Positions 8,626 through 19,029 are shown, counted from the first letter of the stretch. The stretch: 64,000 nt of DNA from Thermodesulfobacteriota bacterium (GCA_965203965.1 CBDBDR010000017.1:1120001-1184000); one strand, 5' to 3'. Numbers and translations: made by a program. The notes: generated by a model from the letters alone, not told the origin.

Positions 8626-10194
8626 ATGAAAAAAAACCAACACAAAAAGATAGAACAATCCACAGACGACCGTAAACCATTTACAAGTCTCAGAGAAGGG
8701 GGTTGGATCCTTTTTGCTTCTATCATGGGCACTGGTATGCCCTTTATTGACAGCACTGGTATCAACGTCATACTTCCAATCCTGCATCAGGAACTTGGCA
8801 CAAAGCTAACTCAGACACAGTGGATAATGGTGAGTTATGCACTCTTTATTTCCTCCCTAATACTATTCGGCGGGGCGTTAAGCGACAAATTTGGAAGAAA
8901 AAAAATATTTATTATAGGACTCATTATATTTACCTTATGCTCTTTATGGTGTGGACTCGCACCTTCCGCAAACAACCTAATTCTGGCAAGAGCTTTTCAG
9001 GGAATCGGCGGAGCATTGTTAATCCCAGCAAGCCTGGCTTTACTAACTGTATCATTTGACAGCAGTTTGAGAAACCGAGCACTTGGTATATGGTCAGGTG
9101 CAGTTGCAACCACGACTGCGCTCGGACCCATACTGGGCGGATGGCTTGTAGAAAATTACTCCTGGAGATATATGTTTTTTATAAACATACCTATTGCATT
9201 AATGATACTTCCCATCCTACTTTGCAAAATTCAGCACGACATTAATCTGAGAAAGGTCAAGCTTGACCTAATTGGTTCTGTATTGGCTTCATGCAGCCTT
9301 GGGTTTTTTGTGTTCGGACTTATAGAATCTCCAAATATTGGTTACTACAACATCAGAACAATAGGCTGTCTGGTAGTAAGTTTGATGCTGGGAACAATCT
9401 TTATTTATTACGAAAAGAGGATTAAAGAACCGCTTGTTCCTATGGAGCTCTTTCGGTCAAAAACATTTACTGGCGCCAACATCATAACGTTTTTGTTCTG
9501 GTCTGCTTGGAACGCTGTGATTTTCTACCTGCCTTTCGGATTTATTCAAATTTACGGATATAGCGCTCTGGATCTGGCCATCTACTTTATTCCGGGATTT
9601 ATAGCACTGCTTATATTTGCCTCACTTTCAGGAGAACTTATAAGGTTATTTGGTGTAAGAATGCTTTTGATTACAGGCTTTTTTACCGTTTCTTCATCTT
9701 TTTACCTGTTTTCTCTACCTGCTATAAATGCAGAATATACAAGTGACTGGCTTCTTGGTATTTTACTCATGGGAACGGGAATAGGAATTTCTAGTTCACC
9801 AATGATCTCAGCTGTGGTCGGGGCACAGGACAAAAAGTATTCTGGACTGGTATTTGGAATTAATAATGCAATTGGCAGGGTTGCAGGTTTGATGGGAATA
9901 GTCATCATGGGACTCGTAGCAATTAACTTATTCAACATTGAACTGGACGCGCGCTTGGTTAATATAGCAATTGACTCAGAAGCACTTGAAATGTTAAAAG
10001 TAGAGAGAATAAAACTGACAGCTGCAACAATTCCCCAATGGCTGGATGCAGAAACCACAAATGCAATCAAGATTGCCTTAAACAGATCATTTCATGCCAC
10101 CTTTGTGTTTATAATGAAAATATGTGCACTCATCTGTATTATCGGCGGAGTGTTGGCATACGCTCTCATAGATGATTCTAAAATCGAGAGTTGA
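8626..10194 (+). CDS. MFS transporter (DHA2/EmrB-QacA-like)
   Basis: GALSDKFGRKK motif A, ARAFQGIGGA, GPILGGWL; many TM segments. Confidence 0.92.
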   Translation: MKKNQHKKIEQSTDDRKPFTSLREGGWILFASIMGTGMPFIDSTGINVILPILHQELGTKLTQTQWIMVSYALFISSLILFGGALSDKFGRKKIFIIGLIIFTLCSLWCGLAPSANNLILARAFQGIGGALLIPASLALLTVSFDSSLRNRALGIWSGAVATTTALGPILGGWLVENYSWRYMFFINIPIALMILPILLCKIQHDINLRKVKLDLIGSVLASCSLGFFVFGLIESPNIGYYNIRTIGCLVVSLMLGTIFIYYEKRIKEPLVPMELFRSKTFTGANIITFLFWSAWNAVIFYLPFGFIQIYGYSALDLAIYFIPGFIALLIFASLSGELIRLFGVRMLLITGFFTVSSSFYLFSLPAINAEYTSDWLLGILLMGTGIGISSSPMISAVVGAQDKKYSGLVFGINNAIGRVAGLMGIVIMGLVAINLFNIELDARLVNIAIDSEALEMLKVERIKLTAATIPQWLDAETTNAIKIALNRSFHATFVFIMKICALICIIGGVLAYALIDDSKIES

Positions 10195-10269
10195 ATTGAA
10201 AAGAGAGATTTATAATAGCATAATCTATAAGCAAATATGACATGCAATAAAAAAGCATAAGGGGGTACA

Positions 10270-10716
10270 ATGCTGAAGAATTTTTATTATACCGATGACA
10301 ATACCGCAGGGCTTATCGCAAGAATTGCCCTCGGAGTTGTTATCCTTCCCCACGGACTTCAAAAACTACTTGGAATGTTCGGAGGAAGCGGCTTTTCGCA
10401 AACAATTGAATTGTTTGTAAGCAGTGGAATACCTTATTTGTTAGCATTACTTGTAATAATTGGAGAATCGCTGGGAGCCCTGTCGTTAATAGTAGGCTTT
10501 ATGTCAAGATTTTCAGCAGCAGCACTAACTTTGATAATGCTTGGAGCTGTGTTCATGGTGCATTCCAAGCATGGATTTTTTATGAACTGGTTTGGAACCC
10601 AGCAAGGTGAAGGCTTTGAATACCATATTCTGGCAATCGGGCTTGGTTTAGTAGTTACTCTAGTGGGTGCAGGAAAAGCCTCTATTGACCTCCTTATTTC
10701 AAAGCATCACAGATGA
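10270..10716 (+). CDS. DoxX-family membrane protein
   Basis: RIALG..HGLQKLLG.FGG, GEGFEYH. Confidence 0.9.
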   Translation: MLKNFYYTDDNTAGLIARIALGVVILPHGLQKLLGMFGGSGFSQTIELFVSSGIPYLLALLVIIGESLGALSLIVGFMSRFSAAALTLIMLGAVFMVHSKHGFFMNWFGTQQGEGFEYHILAIGLGLVVTLVGAGKASIDLLISKHHR

Positions 10717-10729
10717 AATCAAATCTCTA

Positions 10730-10990
10730 TTATTGAATGGCATCGAGAAGTATTGCTTCATCGACAAGAAGAATGGGTATTTCTTCTATTATTGGATAGA
10801 GATACTTCCCATCTTTTCTTATAAGTCCCCCATCCAACTTGCTTTTCACAGGCAGTTTTGAGCGGTTAAAAATTTCTTTTTTTTCAATCAACCGGTTCAA
10901 CTTTTCAATCAAACCATCTCCAGCTATCCTTAGGCTTTGTTGTGTTTCAGGACAGCAAATAATTTCCAGCAATTTTTTATCAATTTCCAC
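10730..10990 (-). CDS. Trm112-like small protein
   Basis: LLEIICCPET...YPIIEEIPILLVDEA. Confidence 0.8.
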   Translation of the reverse strand: MEIDKKLLEIICCPETQQSLRIAGDGLIEKLNRLIEKKEIFNRSKLPVKSKLDGGLIRKDGKYLYPIIEEIPILLVDEAILLDAIQ

Positions 10991-11060
10991 TTTGAGTATA
11001 TTTTATCAATGTATTAATAACATTCAATATAAATGAACTCAGGAACAAACAGAGCAAGTT

Positions 11061-12596
11061 TTGCATCAAGATAGAAAGAGAATGGAAAAATATAATAAAA
11101 CAAAAACAACAAAACTGTCCGATATTGTTACTTTAATCTCAAAAACCTTTAAAATTAAAAAAGAAAGAACCGAAAGCAACAACCATACCTATTTTGACAC
11201 TTATGATTGGCGACTGTATAAAAGCGGTCTCTTTTTAACAAAAAGCAACTTTTGCTACACTCTGGCAAAAATTTCAAACGGAGAACCTCTGACCTCCATA
11301 AAGATTAGATTGAAAAAAAAACTCTCTTTCTGGCAAGATTTTCCTGACGGCAAACTTAAAAATGAAATTAAAAACTTAATCGGTGTAAGATCATTGATTA
11401 AACTAATCAGTGTAAGCCATAAAAATCAGATTTTTACGGTATTGAACAATGATGAAAAAATTGTAGTAAGACTTACTTTTCAGGAAATTAAGAGGACAAA
11501 CACCCGAAGAGTAATCAGCCTAATCTACCTGAACCCTGTCAGAGGCTATAACAAAGAGTTTGAAAGGGTTAAGAATATGCTCACGGAAACCGGTTCAACA
11601 CCTGAAAGAAAAGATATACTAGCAATTTCACTGCCATCCGATATTAAACCCGGCTCCTACACCGGTAAGCTGAATATAAAATTACAGTCGGAAATGACCA
11701 CAAGACAAGCGGTCATAGCCATTTTCAGCAAGCTTCTTGACACCATAAAGCAAAATGAAGAGGGCATAAGAAAAAATATTGACACCGAATTTCTGCATGA
11801 TTTCAGGGTTGCAGTGAGACGAACAAGGTCTCTCTTTTCACAAGTTAGATCTACTTTTCCAGTGGATGTAACAAACAAAGCCAAAAGAGACTTTTCCACT
11901 CTCGGTAAAATGACAAACAAATTACGAGACCTTGACGTCTATATTCTAAAAAGACAGCAGTATATACAGATGCTGCCTGGCAATCTGCGTTCCGGAATTG
12001 AACCGATTTTCAACAGACTTGAAATTGAAAGGAAAGAGGAACAGAAAAAATTGGCACTCTATCTTAATTCTCAGCTTTACAAAAATATCATCACTTCTTG
12101 GAATAACTTCCTTGAAAATCAAAATCTGAAACATGTGAGAACCTCAAACTCGGATATTCCCATCATCGTAACAGCCAAAAATTTCATTCTGAAAAAATTC
12201 AAGAAGATAATAAAAACCGGCAAATTGATCAATGATAAAACCCCTGACCCTGAAATTCACAGTCTCCGCATTGAATGCAAAAAACTGAGATACCTCCTCG
12301 AGTTTTTCTCATCATTATTTCCCAACAAGGAAACCACACTTATGATAAACTATTTGAAAAAACTTCAAGACACCTTGGGCGACTTCAATGACCTCCACGT
12401 TCAACAGGAAAACCTAAGATTTTTTCTAAGAAAGATTGAAAATAACAAAGGTAAGAATACCGAAACAATGGCATTAGGAGGGCTCATTACTATCCTTTAT
12501 CAACAACAGCAAGAAGTAAGAAAACAGCTTAATAAGAAAATCGCAGAGTTCAGTAAAGCAAAAAATATAAAACTTTACGATAGCATATTTTCTTGA
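11061..12596 (+). CDS. CHAD domain protein (polyphosphate-binding) with degenerate CYTH-like N-terminus; start may be ATG 11082
   Basis: EFLHDFRVAVRRTRS, RDLDV, HSLRIECKKLRYLLEFF, LQDTLGDFND; N-terminal YFDTYDWRL. Confidence 0.88.
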   Translation: MHQDRKRMEKYNKTKTTKLSDIVTLISKTFKIKKERTESNNHTYFDTYDWRLYKSGLFLTKSNFCYTLAKISNGEPLTSIKIRLKKKLSFWQDFPDGKLKNEIKNLIGVRSLIKLISVSHKNQIFTVLNNDEKIVVRLTFQEIKRTNTRRVISLIYLNPVRGYNKEFERVKNMLTETGSTPERKDILAISLPSDIKPGSYTGKLNIKLQSEMTTRQAVIAIFSKLLDTIKQNEEGIRKNIDTEFLHDFRVAVRRTRSLFSQVRSTFPVDVTNKAKRDFSTLGKMTNKLRDLDVYILKRQQYIQMLPGNLRSGIEPIFNRLEIERKEEQKKLALYLNSQLYKNIITSWNNFLENQNLKHVRTSNSDIPIIVTAKNFILKKFKKIIKTGKLINDKTPDPEIHSLRIECKKLRYLLEFFSSLFPNKETTLMINYLKKLQDTLGDFNDLHVQQENLRFFLRKIENNKGKNTETMALGGLITILYQQQQEVRKQLNKKIAEFSKAKNIKLYDSIFS

Positions 12597-12610
12597 AGGC
12601 TATTTGGGTT

Positions 12611-13348
12611 ATGAAAACAATATCGTTATATAGTATGAAAGGCGGTGTGGGTAAAACTGCCGCTACGGTCAATCTGTCCTATCTGACAGCAAAAGAAGGC
12701 TTGAATACGCTGATCTGCGACATGGACCCTCAGGCTGCTTCCACTTATTACTTCCGTATAAAGGGATCCAAAGGATTTAGTTCGGGCAAATTTATTAAAG
12801 GAGGGAAAACCATTGATAAAAACATAAAGGGAACTGATTATCCCTGCCTGGACCTGTTACCATCAAAATTCTCCTACCGTAATTTTGATCTTGAACTGGA
12901 TGGGCTGAAAAATCCCAAAAATACCCTAAAAAAGATTATTCGCGAACTTAAAAGTGATTATGAATACCTGTTTCTGGACTGTCCTCCCGGCATATCACTG
13001 CTATCTGAAAATGTTTTCAATGCGTCGGACATAATACTTGTCCCCCTAATACCAACGACCTTGTCAGTCAGAACCTATCTGAAAATGCTGAAATTCTTCA
13101 AAAAGAACAACCTTAACCACAAAAAGATATATCCTTTCTTTTCCATGGTGGAACAAAGGAAACTAATGCACCAACAGACAATGGATAGAATGAAAAAAAG
13201 GATAGGACATATTCTAAAAACCCGCATACCATATAGATCTGATGTAGAAAAAATGGGTATTTACAGACAGCCTGTATTAGAATTTGCACCACTTTCACCT
13301 TCATCAATATCTTATATTGAACTGTGGGAAGAGATTAAATCACTTTAA
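12611..13348 (+). CDS. ParA/MinD-family ATPase
   Basis: KGGVGKT deviant Walker A, DMDPQ, DCPPG; ATG at 12611 (track starts at TTG 12593). Confidence 0.92.
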   Translation: MKTISLYSMKGGVGKTAATVNLSYLTAKEGLNTLICDMDPQAASTYYFRIKGSKGFSSGKFIKGGKTIDKNIKGTDYPCLDLLPSKFSYRNFDLELDGLKNPKNTLKKIIRELKSDYEYLFLDCPPGISLLSENVFNASDIILVPLIPTTLSVRTYLKMLKFFKKNNLNHKKIYPFFSMVEQRKLMHQQTMDRMKKRIGHILKTRIPYRSDVEKMGIYRQPVLEFAPLSPSSISYIELWEEIKSL

Positions 13349-13351
13349 AGT

Positions 13352-13825
13352 ATGTCAAAAGAGATAGAAAGAAAATTTTTGGTTTACAATCCACCTTCAG
13401 ATTATAATAAGCACCCGCACGGAGACATCGTCCAAGGCTATATAGCAATTACTGATGATACAGAAGTAAGAATTCGTAAAAAAAATAACACCTATTTTCA
13501 GACCATAAAAACCGGCAAAGGATTGATAAGGAAAGAAACCGAAGTTGAAATCACACGTGAACAGTTCAAAAAATTATGGCACCTTACAGAAACCATGCGT
13601 ATAGAAAAAAAAAGATATGAAATAAAATATGAAAAAGCTTTGATAGAATTAGATTTTTACGGCGGAAAACTGGCAAACCTCATTGTTGCGGAAGTGGAAT
13701 TTCAATCTAAAAATGAGAGCAAGGCATTTACTCCACCTGAATGGTTTGGGGAAGAAATAACAGAAAACGAGGAATTTAAGAACAGAAATCTTGCCTTGTC
13801 TGGAATCCCTGACTATAAAGTTTAA
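13352..13825 (+). CDS. CYTH domain protein (triphosphate tunnel metalloenzyme)
   Basis: EIERKFL, QGY, VRIR, AEVEF, PEWFGEEIT. Confidence 0.92.
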   Translation: MSKEIERKFLVYNPPSDYNKHPHGDIVQGYIAITDDTEVRIRKKNNTYFQTIKTGKGLIRKETEVEITREQFKKLWHLTETMRIEKKRYEIKYEKALIELDFYGGKLANLIVAEVEFQSKNESKAFTPPEWFGEEITENEEFKNRNLALSGIPDYKV

Positions 13826-14024
13826 AACCCACCCCGGTCTTCCATTTGGCACCAAGCAATGCTTTGGATATTACCAACAAGAATGAAGAGATCAAGGCTG
13901 GGTGCATACAAACGCTGTTCAAGGCAAAATCACTATAAAAACATGGTTACTTGGATTAAAATATACTTCTACTGAAGATATATTACCGGCTTAATATACA
14001 AGATTCTGGATCCCAATCACTAAT

Positions 14025-14058
14025 AAAAAAAAGGGAAGGCTTAAAAAAGCCTTCCCTT
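14025..14058 (-). terminator. Rho-independent terminator
   Basis: AAGGGAAGGCTT/AAGCCTTCCCTT stem, U-tract on minus strand, downstream of AmiS/UreI gene. Confidence 0.85.
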
Positions 14059-14089
14059 AATCTCAATATTCGTAATTCGTAATACCTAC

Positions 14090-14611
14090 CTATGGCGTTC
14101 CTCCCAAAGGATTCCACTTATCGGTAAGCAGCAGCATACCTGGGATCATGAGAGTAACAAAAGCCTCTATCAAAAATAGGTAAGCCACGGTAGTTGCCAA
14201 GTTTTTACCTTGTGCAAAGGTGAAGAAACAAAGCAAAGTTAATACAGCCCAAGCCCAGCAAAACAAACCAAAATACATTAGACCCGCGCTATAGAAATGA
14301 TACCCATACCAAACAAAAGCCAAGGTAGCAAACAAACAATACCAACCAAGCCCTTTTGCATCATGCCCATGAACAAAAATGGCATACACCATAACGTATA
14401 TTAGGGCAAAGACACTCACTAATGCAGTAGCAGCAGTCAAACCCAAATCGTGCAACTGCCAAGCAGCCATAAGAATTAATAAAGCTACACCAAGGTTAAG
14501 AACCCCAACCTCCTTGGCGCCCGTTTTACCTAGTAGGGTCATACCATTAGCAAAAAACACAAACCCAACTAGTAATAAGACATATCCTAACAATCCTTCA
14601 ATTGGAACCAT
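14090..14611 (-). CDS. AmiS/UreI-family channel
   Basis: LLLVGFVFFANG, KEVGVLN, KGLGWYCLFA, WAWAVL; about 6 TM. Confidence 0.8.
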   Translation of the reverse strand: MVPIEGLLGYVLLLVGFVFFANGMTLLGKTGAKEVGVLNLGVALLILMAAWQLHDLGLTAATALVSVFALIYVMVYAIFVHGHDAKGLGWYCLFATLAFVWYGYHFYSAGLMYFGLFCWAWAVLTLLCFFTFAQGKNLATTVAYLFLIEAFVTLMIPGMLLLTDKWNPLGGTP

Positions 14612-14967
14612 GTCTTCTTGTACCTCCTTTATAATTTTTTACCAATTTTATCAAATTCATTGATGATACTTCACTATCTGTAGATAGAATTTAATCATGT
14701 TTAGAGAGCTTATGTCAAGTGAATTTTAAAACAACAGAGAATAGTAAACAAAGAACAATCTATACAAAAATAATCTAACAGCCTGCAATCATTGAAAAAT
14801 ATTTAGATCTGTAAAACTCCAATGTAGCAAAAAACAAGCTGTTCACGATTGAAAAATCAAATCAAATTGATAGGAAATATTAGAACTGATATTCAAATGT
14901 TCATAAGTTCAGAACTTTGAATAATTAAGACTCTAATTCACAAGAACAACTTGGTTCAAAACTAATG

Positions 14968-15420
14968 TTATGAAACAGTTTCTTCTTTTCTCTGAACTAA
15001 AATTACCCACTTACCCTTCTGCACTACTTCCTCTTTCTGATTGTGGACATTAACTTCAAATATGAAAAACCCCATGTTCGGACGTTTATGATCTTTCTTC
15101 TCAACCAATTTACGGGTTATATGTATTGTATCTCCCGGAAAAACTGCCCCGGAAAAACGCCAATCTTCAAGCCCCATAAATGCAACAGTGGCTAACCGTG
15201 GCATAGTAAACCAAAGACCCGTTGCTATAGACGTAACCAACATTCCATGGGCTACTCTGGTTTTGAAAACTGTCTTTTTGGCAAATTCTTCATCAATGTG
15301 CATGTTGTTGTAATCAGCCGAAAGCCCTGCAAAATTAACGACATCTGCTTCAGTTACCGTCCGCCCGGAGCTTTTATGCTCCACTCCTTCTTCTAAATCT
15401 TCATAAAAAAGCCTAGACAT
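14968..15420 (-). CDS. MaoC-family dehydratase/hydratase
   Basis: RTVTEADVVNFAGLSADYNNMH..VAHG. Confidence 0.92.
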   Translation of the reverse strand: MSRLFYEDLEEGVEHKSSGRTVTEADVVNFAGLSADYNNMHIDEEFAKKTVFKTRVAHGMLVTSIATGLWFTMPRLATVAFMGLEDWRFSGAVFPGDTIHITRKLVEKKDHKRPNMGFFIFEVNVHNQKEEVVQKGKWVILVQRKEETVS

Positions 15421-15508
15421 ATTTACTCTCCTTTAAACTCAAAGCATCCCTATTTAAGAATAAGTAAGGGGTTGGTTTATGAAAAATTTGTATCTATTAC
15501 TAAACTAA

Positions 15509-15934
15509 CTATTGTATCGGCTTAAATTTGGGAAGGGTTACTTCATCTGTAATATCGTCAAATACAACCTCAACTTCCATTCCAACATGAACATCCTTGA
15601 CATCAACGTCAATAACGTTGGACATCATCTTGATCCCCTCATTCATCTCAATTAGCGCCACAACATAAGGTGGGTCACCTTTATAGGCTTTGGTGGGACC
15701 CATATGGTGAATTGAATAAGTCCAGATTTTGCCCTTTCCCTCCGATTTCACCCATTCTATATCATCAGTCATATCTTCACCAGGAGATAAAGCTCTAGGA
15801 TAGAAAAAATACTCTCCCGTGGTTTTAGACCTTGGTATAACAAGCTCATGCTTTTTGCATGCTTCCCAGTATGGTTTTGTTTCCGGTCTGAATTCCGGAA
15901 GCGGTTTGCTATATTCCTTTTTTTCTTCAGCCAT
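15509..15934 (-). CDS. DUF35 Zn-ribbon/OB-fold acyl-CoA-binding protein
   Basis: PYWEA..G.GKIWTYS..PYVVALIEM.EG; adjacent to thiolase-like gene. Confidence 0.88.
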   Translation of the reverse strand: MAEEKKEYSKPLPEFRPETKPYWEACKKHELVIPRSKTTGEYFFYPRALSPGEDMTDDIEWVKSEGKGKIWTYSIHHMGPTKAYKGDPPYVVALIEMNEGIKMMSNVIDVDVKDVHVGMEVEVVFDDITDEVTLPKFKPIQ

Positions 15935-15953
15935 TTTCTATAAACTCCTCTGA

Positions 15954-17165
15954 TTATGAAAGTGCTTCTTTTCCTAATAAAACTGTGCTATGAGCAGAAA
16001 CTATACCTCCGTTGCCATGAACAAGTGCAACTTCAGCATCCCCAACCTGCCTCTTACCAGCTTCTCCCCTTAGCTGTAGTGTAGCTTCAATCACATGGTG
16101 CATTGCTCCCAGATGTGCTTGGGACAAAAGCCCACCATGTGTATTTGTCGGAAGGTCCTTACCAATTTCCATGCGTCCCTCAAGAGCAAATGCTCCCCCC
16201 TCACCTTTTGGCACAAAACCTAGTCCCTCAAGTTCAAGAAGAACAGTTATAGTGAAGCAATCATAAAGATAGGCAAGATCCACGTCAGAGGGTCCAATCC
16301 CAGCCGTCTGGTATGCTTTTTGACCCGAATGATCAATAGCATTGTATATTTGGTCAATATCTTGCAAAGTAGTCAAATACTGATGTGAATAACCCTGTCC
16401 CATTCCCCACAGGTAAGCTAGGTTTTTTTCAATACCAAGTTCCCTTGCCTTATCTTCGGTAGTTACAATAAACGCTGCACCGCCATCTGAAATTATAGAA
16501 CAGTCGTATTTATGAAGTGGTTCAGCAATTACTCTTGAACTTAGTACATCCTCAACTGTAAGCGGATCCTTGTTCATTGCGTTCTCTTTATCTGCGGCGT
16601 GTTTTCTCATAGTTACAGCTACTGCAGCTAAATGCTCCGGCCTGTTACCAAAATCGTGCAGGTATCTTTGAGCCGCGAGTGCATAACCACCTGGAGTAGT
16701 CAATCCATAGGGATATTCAAATTCTGCATGGCACATTTCCCTAATTAATGCAACCATACCCGAGGATGAAATACCGGAAAGTGTGTTGTCGCCTCTCACA
16801 CAGAGAACTGCCTCCGCCTGCCCAGATGCAATTGCCATTGTTGCCTCTGCAACCATCCATACGGCAGTAGCACCTCCAACAGCCACTGAAGAAAAGAATC
16901 CAGGTCTCATGCCAAAATAATCGGCAAAAGTGGTACAGTGCATAAAAGTATTCTCTACCAGAGAAAACGCCGTTACCAACCCGTCAACATCTGATTTTTT
17001 TATACCTGCGTCCTGAATTGCAAGCCTTGAAGCCTCTGAAAGAAAATGAAATGAACTTTTACCTGGTATTTTCCCCTGTTCGGTTTCACCAACTCCTGCA
17101 ATTACTATTTTTTTCTTCTTTAATAACTCACGTGTTTCCCCGATCCCTGGAAAATTGTGTGACAT
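15954..17165 (-). CDS. Thiolase-like (SCP-x/Ltp2-type) protein
   Basis: VIAGVGET, DCSIISDGGAA, YDCFT, NTHGGLLS; GGAT where the catalytic Cys would be. Confidence 0.88.
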   Translation of the reverse strand: MSHNFPGIGETRELLKKKKIVIAGVGETEQGKIPGKSSFHFLSEASRLAIQDAGIKKSDVDGLVTAFSLVENTFMHCTTFADYFGMRPGFFSSVAVGGATAVWMVAEATMAIASGQAEAVLCVRGDNTLSGISSSGMVALIREMCHAEFEYPYGLTTPGGYALAAQRYLHDFGNRPEHLAAVAVTMRKHAADKENAMNKDPLTVEDVLSSRVIAEPLHKYDCSIISDGGAAFIVTTEDKARELGIEKNLAYLWGMGQGYSHQYLTTLQDIDQIYNAIDHSGQKAYQTAGIGPSDVDLAYLYDCFTITVLLELEGLGFVPKGEGGAFALEGRMEIGKDLPTNTHGGLLSQAHLGAMHHVIEATLQLRGEAGKRQVGDAEVALVHGNGGIVSAHSTVLLGKEALS

Positions 17166-17247
17166 AATTTTTCACCTCAAAATATATTTTGCTGAAAATT
17201 AGTTTTTCAAAACACTTATAGTAATGTCAAGATATCAAAAAGTCAAT

Positions 17248-18390
17248 CTATATACCTAACTCTCTGGATATAACAATGCGTTGGATCTCTGAAGTGCCCT
17301 CTGTTAATGATGCGAGTTTTGCGTCCCTGTAATAACGCTCTGCCAGATATTCAACGCTGTAACCGTATCCCCCAAGAACCTGCACGCACTCAGTAGCCAC
17401 TTCCTGAACTATTTCTGCTGAATACAACTTAGCCATAGATGCTTCTTTCAGACATTTTTTGCCATTACTATAAAGCCAGGCGGCTTTATAAACCATCAGT
17501 CTGGCAGTCTCCACTTTTACCGCCATATCAGCAAGTTTAAAACCTATTGCTTGAAATTTAGATATAGGCCTGCCGAAGGCTTCCCTCTCTTTAGAATATT
17601 GCAGTGCATAGTCCAATGCAGCTTGTGCAATTCCAACGGATTTTGCTGCATGTGTAATCCTTGCACCAAGCAGTGTTTCCATGGCACCCTGAAAACCTCC
17701 TTCACCCACAAGCATGTTTACCTCGGGAACTTCACAGTTTTCAAAGATAAGCTCTGATGTATCAGCCGACCTGTGTCCAAGCTTGTGCATCTTCTGGCTC
17801 ACAGAAAAACCCGGTGCATCATTGTCCACAATAAATATACTAATTCCTGTTCCTTTTTTCTCTTTATTAGTATAAGCCGCAACAACCGCATAATCACAGA
17901 TGGTACCGTTTGTAATCCAAGTCTTGGTTCCATTTAGAATGTATTTATCTCCTTTCTTAATTGCAGTAGTTCTTATACTCCTCGCGTCCGATCCTGCAAA
18001 AGGCTCCGTTAATCCCAAAGAACCTATCTTTTCTCCCGTAATCCCAGGTACCAGATATTTTTGTTTTTGCTCTTCTGTTCCAAATTTATAAATGGGAAAC
18101 ATTGAAAGACTTGTGTGGGCATTGACACACATTGCTATACCAGCATTTATCTTCCCCATTTCTTCAGAAAATATACAGTCGGTAATTTTATCCAGACCAA
18201 CTCCCCCATATTCCTCCGGAAAAACTATGCCCAGCAGTCCCATTTCTCCCAGTTTGGGAAAAAGTTCAACTGGAAACATCTCATTTTTTTCTGCATCTTC
18301 TACCAAAGGCTCTATCTCATTCTGCCCAAAATCTGTAATCATATCTTTGAACATTTTCTGCTCTTCGGTAAACTCAAAATCTAAACTCAC
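17248..18390 (-). CDS. Acyl-CoA dehydrogenase
   Basis: LTEPFAGSD, LNGTKTWITN, GGYGY..ERYYRDAK..EGTSEIQR. Confidence 0.96.
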   Translation of the reverse strand: MSLDFEFTEEQKMFKDMITDFGQNEIEPLVEDAEKNEMFPVELFPKLGEMGLLGIVFPEEYGGVGLDKITDCIFSEEMGKINAGIAMCVNAHTSLSMFPIYKFGTEEQKQKYLVPGITGEKIGSLGLTEPFAGSDARSIRTTAIKKGDKYILNGTKTWITNGTICDYAVVAAYTNKEKKGTGISIFIVDNDAPGFSVSQKMHKLGHRSADTSELIFENCEVPEVNMLVGEGGFQGAMETLLGARITHAAKSVGIAQAALDYALQYSKEREAFGRPISKFQAIGFKLADMAVKVETARLMVYKAAWLYSNGKKCLKEASMAKLYSAEIVQEVATECVQVLGGYGYSVEYLAERYYRDAKLASLTEGTSEIQRIVISRELGI

Positions 18391-18605
18391 TTGAACCCCT
18401 CCCGCTGAGTTAAGTTAACTTCGGGAACCCAGTATATCATGCTTGCATATTGTCGCAAGTTAAAACCGAAGAAGGATTTTCAAGTTTTAAGATTTTTAGC
18501 ATTATTGTAAGGATAGAGTATACGTTCCCACTTTGTTAATTGATAAGTATTACGTCAGTTTAGAAGTTCTTAACTTACTTTGAATCTAGCACTGTTTGAA
18601 GTATA

Positions 18606-19016
18606 ATGGCGAAAGGAGCTAAAAAACTCATGAATAAGAAAAAGGTTCTGGGCGTAGATCCACTGAGCTGGATTAAAGAAACAAAAATACAAAAGCCAAA
18701 ACAGTTGGAAAAAAAATTCAAAATAAAAGAAACCTTGGACCCCGATAAACAGACAAAGCCAAAATTTGAAAGCTATAACGTAAAACTTACGATAAGGTTA
18801 AATGAAACCCATCTGGATTTTCTGATAAACCTCGAACGTGAGATTATGAAGGAAAGATCCAAAGAGAGTAGAAAGGAAAGAGTTACAAAAAATTCAATTA
18901 TCAGGTCAATGTTAAACGTTTTTATTGAAAATGAGATTGAATTTGATAAATCAGAGATACCGGACGAGCATGAGTTGACAAAAAGAATTCAAAAAACCAT
19001 TCTTACCCGCTCATAA
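18606..19016 (+). CDS. Hypothetical protein, possibly a DNA-binding/partition-associated small protein
   Basis: Basic N-terminus KKKVLGVDPLSWI; C-terminal KLTIRL...RVTKNSIIR. Confidence 0.55.
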   Translation: MAKGAKKLMNKKKVLGVDPLSWIKETKIQKPKQLEKKFKIKETLDPDKQTKPKFESYNVKLTIRLNETHLDFLINLEREIMKERSKESRKERVTKNSIIRSMLNVFIENEIEFDKSEIPDEHELTKRIQKTILTRS

Positions 19017-19029
19017 ATGGAGCACTACT

